Shown: positions 10,065 to 21,156, numbered from the stretch's first letter. The stretch: DNA of 64,000 bases from Candidatus Dadabacteria bacterium (GCA_963805855.1 CAWDVW010000005.1:576001-640000); one strand, 5' to 3'. A program made the numbers and translations. Notes: generated from the sequence alone by a model not told the origin.

Positions 10065-11387
10065 ATGCGAATTGTAATAATAGGCGCAGGACAGGTCGGT
10101 AACTTTCTGGCAACAAATCTTTGCGCTGAACACGACATTATCGTGATCGAGAATAACAGAGAAAGGGCTGAGAAGATTAAGGAGAGTCACGATGTTTTAG
10201 TCATACAAGGAGAAGGCGATGACCCGTCCGTTCTGCGCGAAGCACAGATTGAGAAAGCCGACGTACTCCTCGCGGTTTCGGGCGATGATAGGGTTAATAT
10301 TATGTCTTCCTGTCTTGGATGTTCATATCAGGTTCCGAAGGTAATTCTTCGTATCAGGGATATACACTATCTGGAGTACCACTCCGTTCTGAAGAACTCG
10401 AAGGTTGATGTCGTTAATCCCGGGAAGATAATTTCAGAAAAAATAACAAGCCTGGTGAGTTCACCTTTCGCCTGGAAAACCGAAACCTTCGCCGCCGGGA
10501 AAATAAAAATGTTCAAACTGAAGATCAACGAGGAAACACCGATACGCGGTAAGAAGCTCAGCGAATTGGGACCAGCCAAGGCATGGATATTTGTCGCTGT
10601 TTCGAGAAACGGAAAGATAGCAATACCGACGGGGGAGACCAGGTTACAATCCGGTGATTATGTATTTGCACTAGGCACACCCGATATTATGGACAAGCTT
10701 AAAGAGCTATTTGCTGTTGAGGATGAAACAATTAAAACAGCAATTATTGTTGGAGGGGGTAGACTTGGAAGAAAAGTCGCAGGCTCCCTCGTCGAAAAAG
10801 GTCTGTCTGTAAAATTGATAGAGAGTGATTCAGAGAAAGCAAGAGTAGTAGCAGAAGAGCTACCTAAGGTTCGTGTCTTCAATGGTGACGCAACCGATCG
10901 TGAAACCTTGCAAGAGGCCGGCGCAGAATCTTCAGACAATTTTATTGCTCTTACGGGTGATGATGAAAAAAATGTTTTAAGTTCACTTTTGGCCAGAAGC
11001 CTAGGTGCTAAAAGAACAACCGTGCTCTACACAAAGCCAGATTATATTGACGTCATTGAGCGCATCGGCGTTGATAGAGCAATAAGTGTTAGACTTGCAA
11101 TTGCAAATGAGATATTAAGCCTTCTTCATATAGGCGGGGTGGCACACGTGGCCCTGGTAGAAGAGGGAAGAGCCGAAGTCTTGGAATTTGACATTTCTGG
11201 CAATGCTAAAATTCTAGGAACCCCGTTGAAAAATGCCCATTTCCCACATGGAGCTATCGTCGGTATTGCGGTTAGAGATAGCGAGGTTATTATACCGAGA
11301 GGGGATTTTACGCCCCAACAAAATGACAAGCTTATAATATTCGCTCTTCCAGAAGCGATAAAAAAAGTAGAGAAGATGCTCGGCTAG
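10065..11387 (+). CDS. trkA: Trk K+ uptake regulatory subunit
   Basis: Two RCK_N domains (IIGAGQVG, IVGGGRLG) and two RCK_C domains. Confidence 0.93.
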   Translation: MRIVIIGAGQVGNFLATNLCAEHDIIVIENNRERAEKIKESHDVLVIQGEGDDPSVLREAQIEKADVLLAVSGDDRVNIMSSCLGCSYQVPKVILRIRDIHYLEYHSVLKNSKVDVVNPGKIISEKITSLVSSPFAWKTETFAAGKIKMFKLKINEETPIRGKKLSELGPAKAWIFVAVSRNGKIAIPTGETRLQSGDYVFALGTPDIMDKLKELFAVEDETIKTAIIVGGGRLGRKVAGSLVEKGLSVKLIESDSEKARVVAEELPKVRVFNGDATDRETLQEAGAESSDNFIALTGDDEKNVLSSLLARSLGAKRTTVLYTKPDYIDVIERIGVDRAISVRLAIANEILSLLHIGGVAHVALVEEGRAEVLEFDISGNAKILGTPLKNAHFPHGAIVGIAVRDSEVIIPRGDFTPQQNDKLIIFALPEAIKKVEKMLG

Positions 11388-12841
11388 TGAATATTAAATC
11401 TTCACTCCATATTATTGGGAATTTTTTAAAATACCTGGGACTTCTCATGTTGCTACCAATCATCTGCTCTGTCATCTATAGAGAAGATGATCTCTGGGTA
11501 TTCATTGTCTCTGCTCTCATTACATCCGTATTCGGATTTACGCTAGAAATTCTAACCAGGACAACGGATAAAGCCTATGAATTCCAGAGGAAGGATGGGT
11601 TCCTTATAGCCAGTCTTTGCTGGATTACAGCAGCTCATTTCGGAGCGATACCCTACCTGCTATATGGTGTTCTTACAAATCCAATAGACGCTGTATTCGA
11701 AACCATAGCAGGATTTACAACAACAGGCGCAACCGTCATCAAGAATGTCGAAATTCTTCCCCACGGAATTTTATTCTGGAGAAATTTAACCCAATGGCTC
11801 GGAGGAATGGGGATAATCGTCCTTGGAATTGCCATACTTCCTCGTCTCGCAGTCGGTGGAATGCAACTGATGGCACTTGAGACCCCCGGCCCTACTAAAG
11901 AAAAAATCGCACCAAGGATTGTTGAAACCGCCAAAAAACTCTGGGGTGTCTATATTGTTTTCACACTCCTTCTGATACTATCGCTCTTTTTAGCAGGAAT
12001 GCCAATTTATGATTCCATCATTCATTCTTTTACAACGCTGTCAACGGGTGGATTCTCATCGAAGAATTTAAGCATCGCGGCATATAACAACCCAATTATA
12101 GAAGTCATAATTACTTTCTTTATGTTTATCGCTGGTGCGAACTTCGTCCTTCATTACGGGCTTTTTAGGGGCGAGGTCAAGAAATTCTATCAAAATCCGG
12201 AATTCCGTTTTTATTTCTTTGTAACTATTTTTGCAGTATTGGTCATTTCAATTCAACTTTGGGCGTATGAGTATCACAGCTTTTTAAATTCGCTCAGGTT
12301 TTCTTCGTTTCAAGTTTTATCAATAAGCACCACTACCGGATACACGACTACAAACTATGACCTTTGGCCTTCATTTTCGAAATGGGCATTATTGATCCTG
12401 ATGTTTGTTGGCGGATGTGCCGGATCCACCGCGGGGGCAATTAAAAGCATCAGGATAATGGTTTTATTTAAAAAGGGCTATAGAGAGGTTTATAAACTCA
12501 TATACCCAAAGGCGGTAATCCCAATAAGAGTCGGTAATACCCCAGTAAACGAGGATGTCGTTTCCAGTATAGCCAGTTTCTTCTTGCTGTATATCTTTAT
12601 TTTTCTAATAGCCTCTTTGTTGATTATGGGCATTGAAAACGAAGATATCATCACCACCATCTCGGCATGCGCAGCCACATTTGGCAACGTAGGACCCGGA
12701 CTTGGGAAAGTTGGTCCCATAGAACAGTACGGCTATCTGTCCAATTTTACAAAGGTCATACTATCCTTACTAATGCTTATCGGAAGATTAGAGCTTTTTA
12801 CAATCCTCGTACTTTTTACACCAGCTTATTGGAAAAATTGA
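11387..12841 (+). CDS. trkH: Trk K+ uptake membrane subunit
   Basis: [43 protein letters not shown]. Confidence 0.95.
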   Translation: MNIKSSLHIIGNFLKYLGLLMLLPIICSVIYREDDLWVFIVSALITSVFGFTLEILTRTTDKAYEFQRKDGFLIASLCWITAAHFGAIPYLLYGVLTNPIDAVFETIAGFTTTGATVIKNVEILPHGILFWRNLTQWLGGMGIIVLGIAILPRLAVGGMQLMALETPGPTKEKIAPRIVETAKKLWGVYIVFTLLLILSLFLAGMPIYDSIIHSFTTLSTGGFSSKNLSIAAYNNPIIEVIITFFMFIAGANFVLHYGLFRGEVKKFYQNPEFRFYFFVTIFAVLVISIQLWAYEYHSFLNSLRFSSFQVLSISTTTGYTTTNYDLWPSFSKWALLILMFVGGCAGSTAGAIKSIRIMVLFKKGYREVYKLIYPKAVIPIRVGNTPVNEDVVSSIASFFLLYIFIFLIASLLIMGIENEDIITTISACAATFGNVGPGLGKVGPIEQYGYLSNFTKVILSLLMLIGRLELFTILVLFTPAYWKN

Positions 12842-13113
12842 TATTCTACAATTATTGCGATTTAAATCACGCTGCCTTAATTGTAGATCATTTGTCCACG
12901 GTTCTAAATGATGTCATTTGACAGTCTCGTAGTTCTTTCAATTGTTATGAAAGTTATGGTATGATTGAGTCGGTCTGTTGATTGGGCGATTGCTGGTATG
13001 TTACGCGCCCCAACCGAAGATGGCGGATTTTGAATTGCGACGATTTAGTCAAGAATATTCTGATGGCGATTATATTCCTTGATGAAGTGACTTAATATTT
13101 AAATTTCAACCGC

Positions 13114-14034
13114 ATGAAAGTTATTTTCGACCCTAAAGAAAAGATTAAAGAATCGACTTCTGCAACTATCGGCATATTTGATGGCGTGCATCTTGGTCAC
13201 AAAAGCATAATAGGTCTTATGCGAAAGAATGCCGCTAGAAATAGCTGTAGTTCATGTGTTATCACGTTTTTTCCTCATCCACAAAAGGTTCTGCGAGGAA
13301 TTGATATGCCTCTTATTGTTCCTCTCAAAGAAAGATTCAGGTTACTGGAAAAAGAGGGAGTTGACATTGCTGTTTGCTTTAACTTTACGAAAGCCTTTTC
13401 AAAAATCTCAGCTAAGGACTTCGTTAAAGACTATTTAGTCGGAAAGATAAACATTAAAACTATATTTATCGGACCCGATTTATTTTTTGGAAGAAACCGA
13501 GAAGGGAATCTCGAGCTGCTGAAATCTATGGGGAAATCATTCGACTTTGAAACCCGAACTGTTCGACCAGTCTATTTTGAGGATGAATTGATAAGCAGTA
13601 CAGCAATCAGGGAGTTCATCGAGGATGGGAACGTGAAAAAGGCAGCAAATTTCCTTGGAGATTGCTTTAGCGTCGAAGGCAACGTAAAAGAAGGTGAAAG
13701 GAGAGGGAGAGAGCTTGGATTCCCGACTGCTAATCTAGATACGGATTGGGAACTGCTACCTAAGAATGGCGTTTACATAACCTGGGCAGAAATGGACGGA
13801 AAGAAATTTAAGAGCATAACAAACGTTGGCACTCGACCAACCTTTGGAAAGAATCAGCTACTTGTAGAAACACACATAATCGCCTTCAAAGGCGACGTCT
13901 ATGGAAAATCAATTAGGGTTTCATTCATTGACAGGCTTCGAGACGAGAAGCGATTCGCCAACGTTGAGTCACTCGTCTCTCAAATCTCGACCGATGTCGA
14001 AAACGCAAAAAAGGTATTTGCAGAGCTGGGTTAA
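13114..14034 (+). CDS. ribF: Bifunctional riboflavin kinase / FAD synthetase
   Basis: FDGVHLGH, ISSTAIR, GRELGFPTAN, NVGTRPT, ETH. Confidence 0.96.
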   Translation: MKVIFDPKEKIKESTSATIGIFDGVHLGHKSIIGLMRKNAARNSCSSCVITFFPHPQKVLRGIDMPLIVPLKERFRLLEKEGVDIAVCFNFTKAFSKISAKDFVKDYLVGKINIKTIFIGPDLFFGRNREGNLELLKSMGKSFDFETRTVRPVYFEDELISSTAIREFIEDGNVKKAANFLGDCFSVEGNVKEGERRGRELGFPTANLDTDWELLPKNGVYITWAEMDGKKFKSITNVGTRPTFGKNQLLVETHIIAFKGDVYGKSIRVSFIDRLRDEKRFANVESLVSQISTDVENAKKVFAELG

Positions 14035-14123
14035 AAGACATGTAACTGAAATCGATCCGCTTCAATTAATTGCCAATATACATCTGAGAATACTTTCTGT
14101 AATATTAAAAAAGAGGGTAAACC

Positions 14124-14975
14124 TTGCACGTAAGAGCAACCACCAAGGTATACGGAATATTCGGACATCCGGTTAGCCATAGCCTTTCCCCCATAATGCA
14201 TAATGCAGCCTTTAGGAAATTAAATCTAGATTGTGTATACGTCGCCTTCGATATACATCCAAATAATCTAGAATCAGCTACACACGCCATAAAATCAATG
14301 GGAATATCGGGAGTCAACGTGACAATTCCACATAAGGAAAGAATAATTTCACTCCTCGACGGAACCTCTCCCGAAGTATCACTTACCGGCGCTGTCAATA
14401 CCGTAAAGAATAAGAACGGGAATCTTACCGGATATAACACCGATGTAGAGGGGTTTCTAACGGCGATAAAAGAAGATTTTGGAGTGACTCCGAAAGGCTT
14501 AAGGATATTTTTACTGGGAGCCGGGGGAGCGGCGCGAGCGGTCCTTACCGCATTATGCATGACTGGGGCTTCAGAGATATATTTAATCAATAGGACATTA
14601 GACAAAGCAAATACACTAGCATTTGAATTTAAAAAATCTTACCACGACGTATCAATAGACCCATACGCCCTGGAAGACACAGACTCTGTCGAACGATCAC
14701 TGAGGACTGCAGACCTGTTAATCAATGCTAGTTCCTCAGGTATGGAAGGAGTGGCTTCTATAACGCTACAATTGGAATTATTACCAAAACAATCGCTGGT
14801 ATATGACCTGGTATATAAGCCCAGAGACACTGCTCTGTTAAGCAAAGCGAAGGAATTAGGACTCAGATCAGCCGGCGGGATAAGTATGCTCCTTTACCAG
14901 GGCGCAAAAAGCTTTGAGATCTGGACAGGAGAGATGGCACCCGTGGATGAAATGAGAAAAGCTATAGAATTTTGA
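14124..14975 (+). CDS. aroE: Shikimate dehydrogenase
   Basis: HSLSPIMHN, NVTIPHK, GAVNT, NTD, GAGGAARA, MLLYQG. Confidence 0.96.
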   Translation: MHVRATTKVYGIFGHPVSHSLSPIMHNAAFRKLNLDCVYVAFDIHPNNLESATHAIKSMGISGVNVTIPHKERIISLLDGTSPEVSLTGAVNTVKNKNGNLTGYNTDVEGFLTAIKEDFGVTPKGLRIFLLGAGGAARAVLTALCMTGASEIYLINRTLDKANTLAFEFKKSYHDVSIDPYALEDTDSVERSLRTADLLINASSSGMEGVASITLQLELLPKQSLVYDLVYKPRDTALLSKAKELGLRSAGGISMLLYQGAKSFEIWTGEMAPVDEMRKAIEF

Positions 14976-14991
14976 CCACGCCACCCTTTGG

Positions 14992-15052
14992 GTAGGTCAT
15001 GAGTCTTGCTCGTGACAATTGATGATCCCACCTGCAAGCCCGGTGGGCTACC
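14992..15052. repeat. GTAG-tagged REP-like inverted doublet
   Basis: GTAGGTCATGAGTCTTGCTCGTGAC ... CCACCTGCAAGCCCGGTGGGCTAC. The first hairpin recurs at ~43119-43140 and ~43963-43982. Confidence 0.7.
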
Positions 15053-15142
15053 CATGTTGGCAATTTCTACCCTTTATGAGATAATTTGGAACAAGATACA
15101 TGTGGTTTCTAAATCAGGCATCCCGGGAGGTATTGAAATACT

Positions 15143-15388
15143 ATGAAGGTTATCAGCCCCGCAGGTGAATTTGATTTTATTGTAAAGGGTTCTTCGGTTG
15201 AGGACGAATTTGTTGTCCTGAAGGGGCAAATGGGGGTATGGGATTCAAAGATTTACCTCAGTCCAAATGATATTTGGTTCTTCGCATCAATATTTTTTCG
15301 TCCTGCGGTTTTGGCCTTTCTCGTTAAGCTTCCATTTAGATACCTTTTCGGTCACGACGCAAAGAAAAGAGAAGATAAAGAGGATTAG
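15143..15388 (+). CDS. Small hypothetical protein
   Basis: 81-aa ORF with GGAGG RBS upstream. Confidence 0.7.
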   Translation: MKVISPAGEFDFIVKGSSVEDEFVVLKGQMGVWDSKIYLSPNDIWFFASIFFRPAVLAFLVKLPFRYLFGHDAKKREDKED

Positions 15389-15437
15389 GTGACAGAACGA
15401 CTAACGCGTTTAAGAGCCCCAACCTTCCCGTCGAGTA

Positions 15438-15590
15438 AAGGCACGCTGCAGCGTGCCCCCTACATTTGAACGTTTCCAATCAGCAGATGTAAGAGTCGCC
15501 GCCCATATCTAACGAACGTTTGGAAAACGGCCTCTACAATTTTCCTTGTCGATTGTCAACCAATTGTCGCGGCTGAAAGCCGCTCCTACA
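15438..15590. repeat. Cluster of three different GTAG-tagged hairpins (CTAC on + strand)
   Basis: GGCACGCTGCAGCGTGCCCCCTAC; GAACGTTTGGAAAACGGCCTCTAC; TCGCGGCTGAAAGCCGCTCCTAC. Confidence 0.7.
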
Positions 15591-15654
15591 GACTTTCGAA
15601 TAAGAATAGAGTCCCATCACCTAACGGATGATGTGTTGTGGATTGACGACGGGA

Positions 15655-16635
15655 TCATTCTCTGCATTTCAAGACTTCAGGGTTTACGAGATTTTTCGGA
15701 ATATCTCCGCTCAGCGCTGACACCACATTCCGAACAGCCATGTCTGACATCTTTGCTCTAGTTTCAAGCGAAGCACTCCCGACGTGTGGAAGCAATACAA
15801 CGTTCTTCATATTTAACAAGTTCTTTTCAACCTCGGGTTCCTTCTCATAAACGTCAAGTCCGGCCCCCCATATAAATCCCTTCTCAAGAGCCTCTGCTAA
15901 TTCCTTTTCCTTTACAATCGGCCCCCGACTAATATTCACCAGTATTGAATCATGCTTCATGCTCTTGAATTCACCAAGACCAAATCGCCCTCTGGTGCTA
16001 TCAGTAAGAGGAACCGTTATCACGAGAAAATCCGATTCCTCGAGAAGGTTCTTGAAATTGACCAAAGTACATCCAGTTTCTTCCTCAGCGTCAAAGTTTC
16101 TACTTCTACTGTGGTATATCACTCTCATACCAAAACCGTTTGATCTCCCGGCCACGGCCCTTCCTATTCTGCCCATCCCGTAAATACCCAAGGTTTTTCC
16201 GTGTACATCAAGCCCCAGGAGAAAATTCGGCCCCCACCTTTTGAATCCCCCTTCTCTTACAACTTTATCTCCCTCGACAACCCTTCTAGCAACGGCAAAC
16301 ATTAAAGCCCATGCCAAATCCGCAGTTGTATCCGTTAGCACATCCGGAGTATTGGTGACAAATATTCCCTCTTTTGTCGCGTAGGAAACCTCAATATTCT
16401 CAAATCCCACTCCATAGTTAGAAATGATCGCGAGATCGGGGCAATGATCTATTATTTCTCTATCTATCTGATTCGAAACAGTCGAGATGATCGCACAGGC
16501 ATCCTTCGCACCTTCTATTATCTCACTCTTTGTGGGTAGATCTTCTTTGTCAAAAATCTCTACATCGAAATTATTCTTAAGATCATCAACTGCTCTTCCG
16601 GGTAGCTTATTTGAAGTTACGAAGACCTTCTTCAT
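15655..16635 (-). CDS. D-isomer-specific 2-hydroxyacid dehydrogenase (glyoxylate reductase / D-glycerate dehydrogenase family)
   Basis: VTNTPDVLT, GIYGMGRIG, NISRGPIV, GLDVYEKEP, LPHVGSAS. Confidence 0.92.
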   Translation of the reverse strand: MKKVFVTSNKLPGRAVDDLKNNFDVEIFDKEDLPTKSEIIEGAKDACAIISTVSNQIDREIIDHCPDLAIISNYGVGFENIEVSYATKEGIFVTNTPDVLTDTTADLAWALMFAVARRVVEGDKVVREGGFKRWGPNFLLGLDVHGKTLGIYGMGRIGRAVAGRSNGFGMRVIYHSRSRNFDAEEETGCTLVNFKNLLEESDFLVITVPLTDSTRGRFGLGEFKSMKHDSILVNISRGPIVKEKELAEALEKGFIWGAGLDVYEKEPEVEKNLLNMKNVVLLPHVGSASLETRAKMSDMAVRNVVSALSGDIPKNLVNPEVLKCRE

Positions 16636-16809
16636 TTATTGTTCAGCCACGAAGACACTAGGACACGAAGTTAGAACGGTTCAGGATCAATGATTCAAAG
16701 TCTTTGGCGCCCGGATATCTGTCTTATTTCTTCCGTTTTTAGGATCATACAAATTTGATATTCCTTTTTTGTGTCTTTGCGACTTAGTGGCGAGCAGACA
16801 TTATGCATG

Positions 16810-18117
16810 TTATTTCTCAAATGGATCAGGAATTTCCGGGTGCCAAAGACGGAAGTGATTCTTATGGTTACTCGTATAGGCTCCCTCGGGATAGAACTGG
16901 TCATAAAAATCCAAATCGAGATGGTGCGCTTGAACCATGAATCGCAAGAACATAGGATCCGAAAAAGCAGGAAATCTCCCATAGGTATCATAAACATAGT
17001 TGCAAATATCCTTTACAATTTGGATCTCCTCTTTAGTCGGTCTCTCAATCTCCTGAACTACGCCTTCCGGATTTTTATAAGGCATCTTGTGAGATTCCCA
17101 GTTGCTCCACTTTAAATCGTTTAATGCCTCAACAGCTTCACCCATATCCTTGAAATAAGGGGGGCAGAATGCCTGAAAAAGGCCGTCTTTACCAACTGCT
17201 ACAGGGTTAGGATTCCCGGTATCCCCTTTTATCTGGGGTGTCATAAATCTAAAACCCAGACCCTTAAAGAAGGGTGTCCCCCCGAGCACGAACATGCTCG
17301 CAAACCCGCTAAATAACCATCCACCGAGTCCAAGCGTTTGAAGAGCAAGTACCATATTCTGTCCCATGAATGCCTGCTCCGCTATATAACCATTGGCAAA
17401 CCTGAGTTCGGCTTCGATCAGGGGCATCCTCTTGCCCTCATCTATTAGCCCCTTCTTGATCCATCCCTCAGTTCCCGGAGGTCTCATACCGTGCAATTCA
17501 TCTACAAAATTAAACCTGTGGTCTGGTCTCATATAGAAGAAATAGAGGTTTATTATACAAGCCGTGAGATCTGTGACAGGCATAAACAAAGTTGTTCCGG
17601 GCTTATTTACGTTCCAGAGATTGTGTGCGGCAATTCCAGGAGGTCGGCTAGGCAGATCGGCACGCTTATCTTCTAATTTTATCCTCGATTCCGTGAATAA
17701 TTCTAGAATCCTATCTACCCTTTCCTCGCGACTAAGCGCCTCAAGCCCCATAAAATTATCTGGCTTCTTATCATGCATTTTGATCATATAGGTGCCGTCG
17801 TCATTCGTGTAGAAAAGCTCTGTTCTGTGAACATCGCCTAACGCAGGTATGGTTTTACTCGTAAATTGCATCTCGAGATCGAGTCCCACATGCGGCGGAA
17901 AATCAGAGAGGTTTATGCTTTTTATTCCCAATCCTGTCCAAACAAGTAAAGCCTCCTCAAGTTCAGTTAATGCCACCGGGTGATGTCTTGATTTATATTT
18001 GAGGGGTCCCTTATCAATCTCCATTCCAAGACCGAATCTCCGAGACCTGCGTTGAAAAACTGCGTCATTGAATCTATATTCAAGCGCCACATTTAGACCT
18101 TCTGGATGCTTACTCAT
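16810..18117 (-). CDS. Uncharacterised protein with nitroreductase-like motifs
   Basis: N-terminal RRSRRF (FMN-phosphate binding-like) and QNMVLALQTLGLGGW; RBS GAGGGG upstream. Confidence 0.6.
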   Translation of the reverse strand: MSKHPEGLNVALEYRFNDAVFQRRSRRFGLGMEIDKGPLKYKSRHHPVALTELEEALLVWTGLGIKSINLSDFPPHVGLDLEMQFTSKTIPALGDVHRTELFYTNDDGTYMIKMHDKKPDNFMGLEALSREERVDRILELFTESRIKLEDKRADLPSRPPGIAAHNLWNVNKPGTTLFMPVTDLTACIINLYFFYMRPDHRFNFVDELHGMRPPGTEGWIKKGLIDEGKRMPLIEAELRFANGYIAEQAFMGQNMVLALQTLGLGGWLFSGFASMFVLGGTPFFKGLGFRFMTPQIKGDTGNPNPVAVGKDGLFQAFCPPYFKDMGEAVEALNDLKWSNWESHKMPYKNPEGVVQEIERPTKEEIQIVKDICNYVYDTYGRFPAFSDPMFLRFMVQAHHLDLDFYDQFYPEGAYTSNHKNHFRLWHPEIPDPFEK

Positions 18118-18334
18118 AAGTTAATTCCCCTCTTAGAATATTTATTGGTGACCGAAAAAGGCACATGATACTCGATACCTGATGAACGATATATCTTGTA
18201 TTGTGCATAATAAATACCGTATCCTCCAATCGTCATAGGCTTCAAGGTGTCAGAAAAAAACGAATCTTAGTTTAACAAATCGTTAATTATTATCCAAAAT
18301 ATTTAATTTTCCTAGTTGTTCTTTATACTTTAAT

Positions 18335-19087
18335 ATGATCAAGCTAATAGAAACGAAGAGACATATTTTCAGCAGAATTATTACGTCCAACCTAATTTGT
18401 ATTATTCTTTGTGTCATTGGGGCATTGGGCTGTGCATCCCGTTCTCTAGTCCCAATTTCAGATAGTGGAATTGCATACCCGGAAGTGCTAAGGGCCAGCA
18501 AGACTCTGGGGAATGTAACAGTTGTAGTAAATTCCTCTCCCTGGCAGGGTTCACCCGATAACCTTGAGCGCTATATAACGCCAATCTATGTCGAAATACA
18601 AAATAACGGGCCAAGCCCTCTAAACCTTAGTTACGATGATTTTGTATTGATTGACCAAAACCGCACACAGTTTAATCCACTCACTCCCCAACTTGTTGCC
18701 GATACACTTAAGACTGTGTCAGACAGCTATTTCGCCTACGGACCAAATTATCCCACGGTTTCGATCGGATTAGGGTTCGGTTATTTCTCAGGTGGTCCCT
18801 TTTACGGTGGCGTGCCTTTCTATGGGCCTTACTACAGCCCATTCTTCATCTACGGGGACTACCCTCTCGGGTACTATCCGCCAGCCTACTACTCTCCTCC
18901 GCCGGTCGGAAATGTCTACACAAAAGCACTTATCCCAGGACAGATAAATCCAAACGCAAAACTTCAGGGCTATGTTTACTTCCAAAAGCTGCCCAAGGAA
19001 GTTACCCAAGTCACACTCGATGTCGGATATCAAATTAAGGGAGAAGTGAAAAGCCGTATGCTCAGCTTCCCTTTTGAATACAGGTAG
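18335..19087 (+). CDS. Hypothetical lipoprotein with Gly/Tyr/Pro-rich segment
   Basis: Hydrophobic stretch ending ALGC (lipobox-like); YGPYYSPFFIYGDYPLGYYPP. Confidence 0.65.
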   Translation: MIKLIETKRHIFSRIITSNLICIILCVIGALGCASRSLVPISDSGIAYPEVLRASKTLGNVTVVVNSSPWQGSPDNLERYITPIYVEIQNNGPSPLNLSYDDFVLIDQNRTQFNPLTPQLVADTLKTVSDSYFAYGPNYPTVSIGLGFGYFSGGPFYGGVPFYGPYYSPFFIYGDYPLGYYPPAYYSPPPVGNVYTKALIPGQINPNAKLQGYVYFQKLPKEVTQVTLDVGYQIKGEVKSRMLSFPFEYR

Positions 19088-19124
19088 ACCGATTCATAAA
19101 GTCGATTTAAACCAATAATAAAGG

Positions 19125-19931
19125 CTAAAGATCCTTTTTCAATTTCTCGAAGTAGTCCGCCGCGTGTCTCAGTCGGCTACCGTACCAAGAAAACATCGTC
19201 CCATCCACAAGCTTTATTATGGTTGAAGGGAATCTTTCTCTAAACTCATTCAGATGTTTAGCTTTAAAAGGAAAGGGTTCCGATGAAAGAAAAATTGCAC
19301 CGGGACTTGCATCTCTTATTTGATCCAATGTCACCTCTGGATACCTATCCAAGGAGTTAAAGACGTTTACAAATCCAAATTGGCGCAACATGTGATCGAT
19401 AAATGTGTTTTTTCCTGCAACCATATACGGTCTATTCCAGATAAAATAGGCGACCTTTACACCTGAGTTAGCCTTAAACTGTTTGATTTTTGACCTAATT
19501 TCAGAAACCATCGTATGAGCTTCCTTATTTTTGCCTACCATTTGTCCGACAGTCTCAATCATTTGATATGCATCCTCTAAGGAATTAACGTCGCTCATCC
19601 AAACAGTGTATTTTGACCTGAGTCGTTCAATTCCCGCTTTATAATTCTCTTCTTTATTACCGATAATAAGGTCTGGCTTCATTTTGTCAATCAGATCGAA
19701 ATTAAACCTTTTTGTACCCCCGATCTTTATCTTTTTAGCACACTTTCCCGCCGGATGGATGCAAAATCTGGTAACTCCAATTACTTCTTTATCCAACCCC
19801 AGGTCAAAGAGCAGTTCAGTTTGGGAGGGAACTAGAGAAATAATTCTTCGTGGAGTCCCCGCTAGGAATATAGTTCCACCTAATTGGTCTTTAATCTGCT
19901 TTAACGTGATTTTTCCGGGGAAATGCCCCAT
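19125..19931 (-). CDS. Helical-backbone metal/cobalamin-binding protein (BtuF-like)
   Basis: RIISLVPSQTELL, GVTRFC, GGTK, EEN, LSSEPFPF, SWYGSR. Confidence 0.85.
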   Translation of the reverse strand: MGHFPGKITLKQIKDQLGGTIFLAGTPRRIISLVPSQTELLFDLGLDKEVIGVTRFCIHPAGKCAKKIKIGGTKRFNFDLIDKMKPDLIIGNKEENYKAGIERLRSKYTVWMSDVNSLEDAYQMIETVGQMVGKNKEAHTMVSEIRSKIKQFKANSGVKVAYFIWNRPYMVAGKNTFIDHMLRQFGFVNVFNSLDRYPEVTLDQIRDASPGAIFLSSEPFPFKAKHLNEFRERFPSTIIKLVDGTMFSWYGSRLRHAADYFEKLKKDL

Positions 19932-20038
19932 AGATCTTATTTAAATAAATGGGATAAAGTTTCCAAACTCAGGTAGACGAGAACCACCCACATGGGATTT
20001 AGGGCTGTATAATTCTTGTAAATTGGCAAGTCATTCGA

Positions 20039-20416
20039 TCAACAAGTCGTGTGAAACAACCCCCCTACGCTCCTATAATTCCTAAGCTTATTATACAGTC
20101 GAACAGCCTCTTCCGTTTGGAGAACATGAGCAGAGATATTTCGATCCTTCAACATTTGCAGTGTATCAGGGCAAACCTCTAATCTTTCGAACATACCCTT
20201 TGATAAAATCACTTCTTCGGCACCCTTCTCGATCAGCTCTTCAACATCTGCGGGCTGAATTCCCGGCACATGTTCTGTTCCAGTCTCGCTCCAATCCCAT
20301 TCTCTTACGCCCCCTGGATATAATTTTGCATCTCTAAATGGCATTTCATGACCCTCTACTTCTATCCGTCCCCAGGAGATGTGAGTAATTTTTGGGGCAT
20401 TTTTCCGTTTAACCAA
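20039..20416 (-). CDS. Mth938-like (AAMDC family) protein
   Basis: WDWSETGTEHVPGIQPADVEEL; C-terminal GGLFHTTC. Confidence 0.85.
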   Translation of the reverse strand: MVKRKNAPKITHISWGRIEVEGHEMPFRDAKLYPGGVREWDWSETGTEHVPGIQPADVEELIEKGAEEVILSKGMFERLEVCPDTLQMLKDRNISAHVLQTEEAVRLYNKLRNYRSVGGLFHTTC

Positions 20417-20553
20417 AGGTCACCCCCAAATTTATCGTTACCAGCATAAATTTAATAACTATTATTGAAAAATCAGTACCACCGATTGTAAAGTCCTCAA
20501 TTGATGAAGCCCGCGGCATTACTCTATTAAGTTATACGCGTAAGCTATAAAGA

Positions 20554-21156
20554 TCACGCTCTCTTTCCTCTGTACCGCTGAATCGCATCCTCGAGTCTAT
20601 CATTCCCCCAGAAAAGCTCGTTTCTCACAATAAAACTAGGGGCTCCAAAGATCCCGAGAGTCATAGCCTTCGCCGTCTGCTGTCGCAAGAGCGCCTTGAA
20701 TTCCGGTAATTTTACTCGAGACAAATATTCGTGACCGTCCTTTTTAACGGACTCCAGTATCTCCGTAATTACCTCTGGACTTGAAATGTCACGATCCTCA
20801 GCAAAATTCGCCCCAAACACCGCTCTGGAAAATTCAGGACACCAGCCTTCGCACATTGCTATACATGCCACCCGCGCAGCCAATATACTGTTCCTCGGAA
20901 ACACCGCGGGTTTTTTGAATGGAATCCTATACCTCTGGCAATGGCGCTCAACGTCACGCCACATATACTCACCCTTCAACGGGTATAGATTAAATGGAGA
21001 CGTATCCCAACCCTGTTTCCTGAAAATAGGACCCAAAAGAAAGGGGCGCCAGGCTACATGAATTCCAGCATCTGCGGCAACAGTTTCGATACGCATTGCA
21101 GAAAGATATGAATATGTGCTTGCAAATTCAAACCAGAATTCAATACAATCGGGCAT
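20554..21156 (-). CDS. 2-hydroxychromene-2-carboxylate isomerase / GST-kappa (DsbA) family protein
   Basis: FWFEFASTYSYL, WRPFLLGP, GIFGAPSF, FWGNDRL. Confidence 0.9.
   Translation of the reverse strand: MPDCIEFWFEFASTYSYLSAMRIETVAADAGIHVAWRPFLLGPIFRKQGWDTSPFNLYPLKGEYMWRDVERHCQRYRIPFKKPAVFPRNSILAARVACIAMCEGWCPEFSRAVFGANFAEDRDISSPEVITEILESVKKDGHEYLSRVKLPEFKALLRQQTAKAMTLGIFGAPSFIVRNELFWGNDRLEDAIQRYRGKRA

Noticed and set aside
12845-13113. FMN riboswitch upstream of ribF
   Set aside because: Conserved RFN motifs (AGGGTGAAATTCCC, AAAGTC.GGATG) not found.
14105-14605. Antisense/shadow ORFs overlapping clear genes (e.g. also 23656-24024, 28245-28715, 31077-31514, 47828-48091, 62422-62739)
   Set aside because: They overlap well-supported genes on the opposite strand and have no recognisable motifs.
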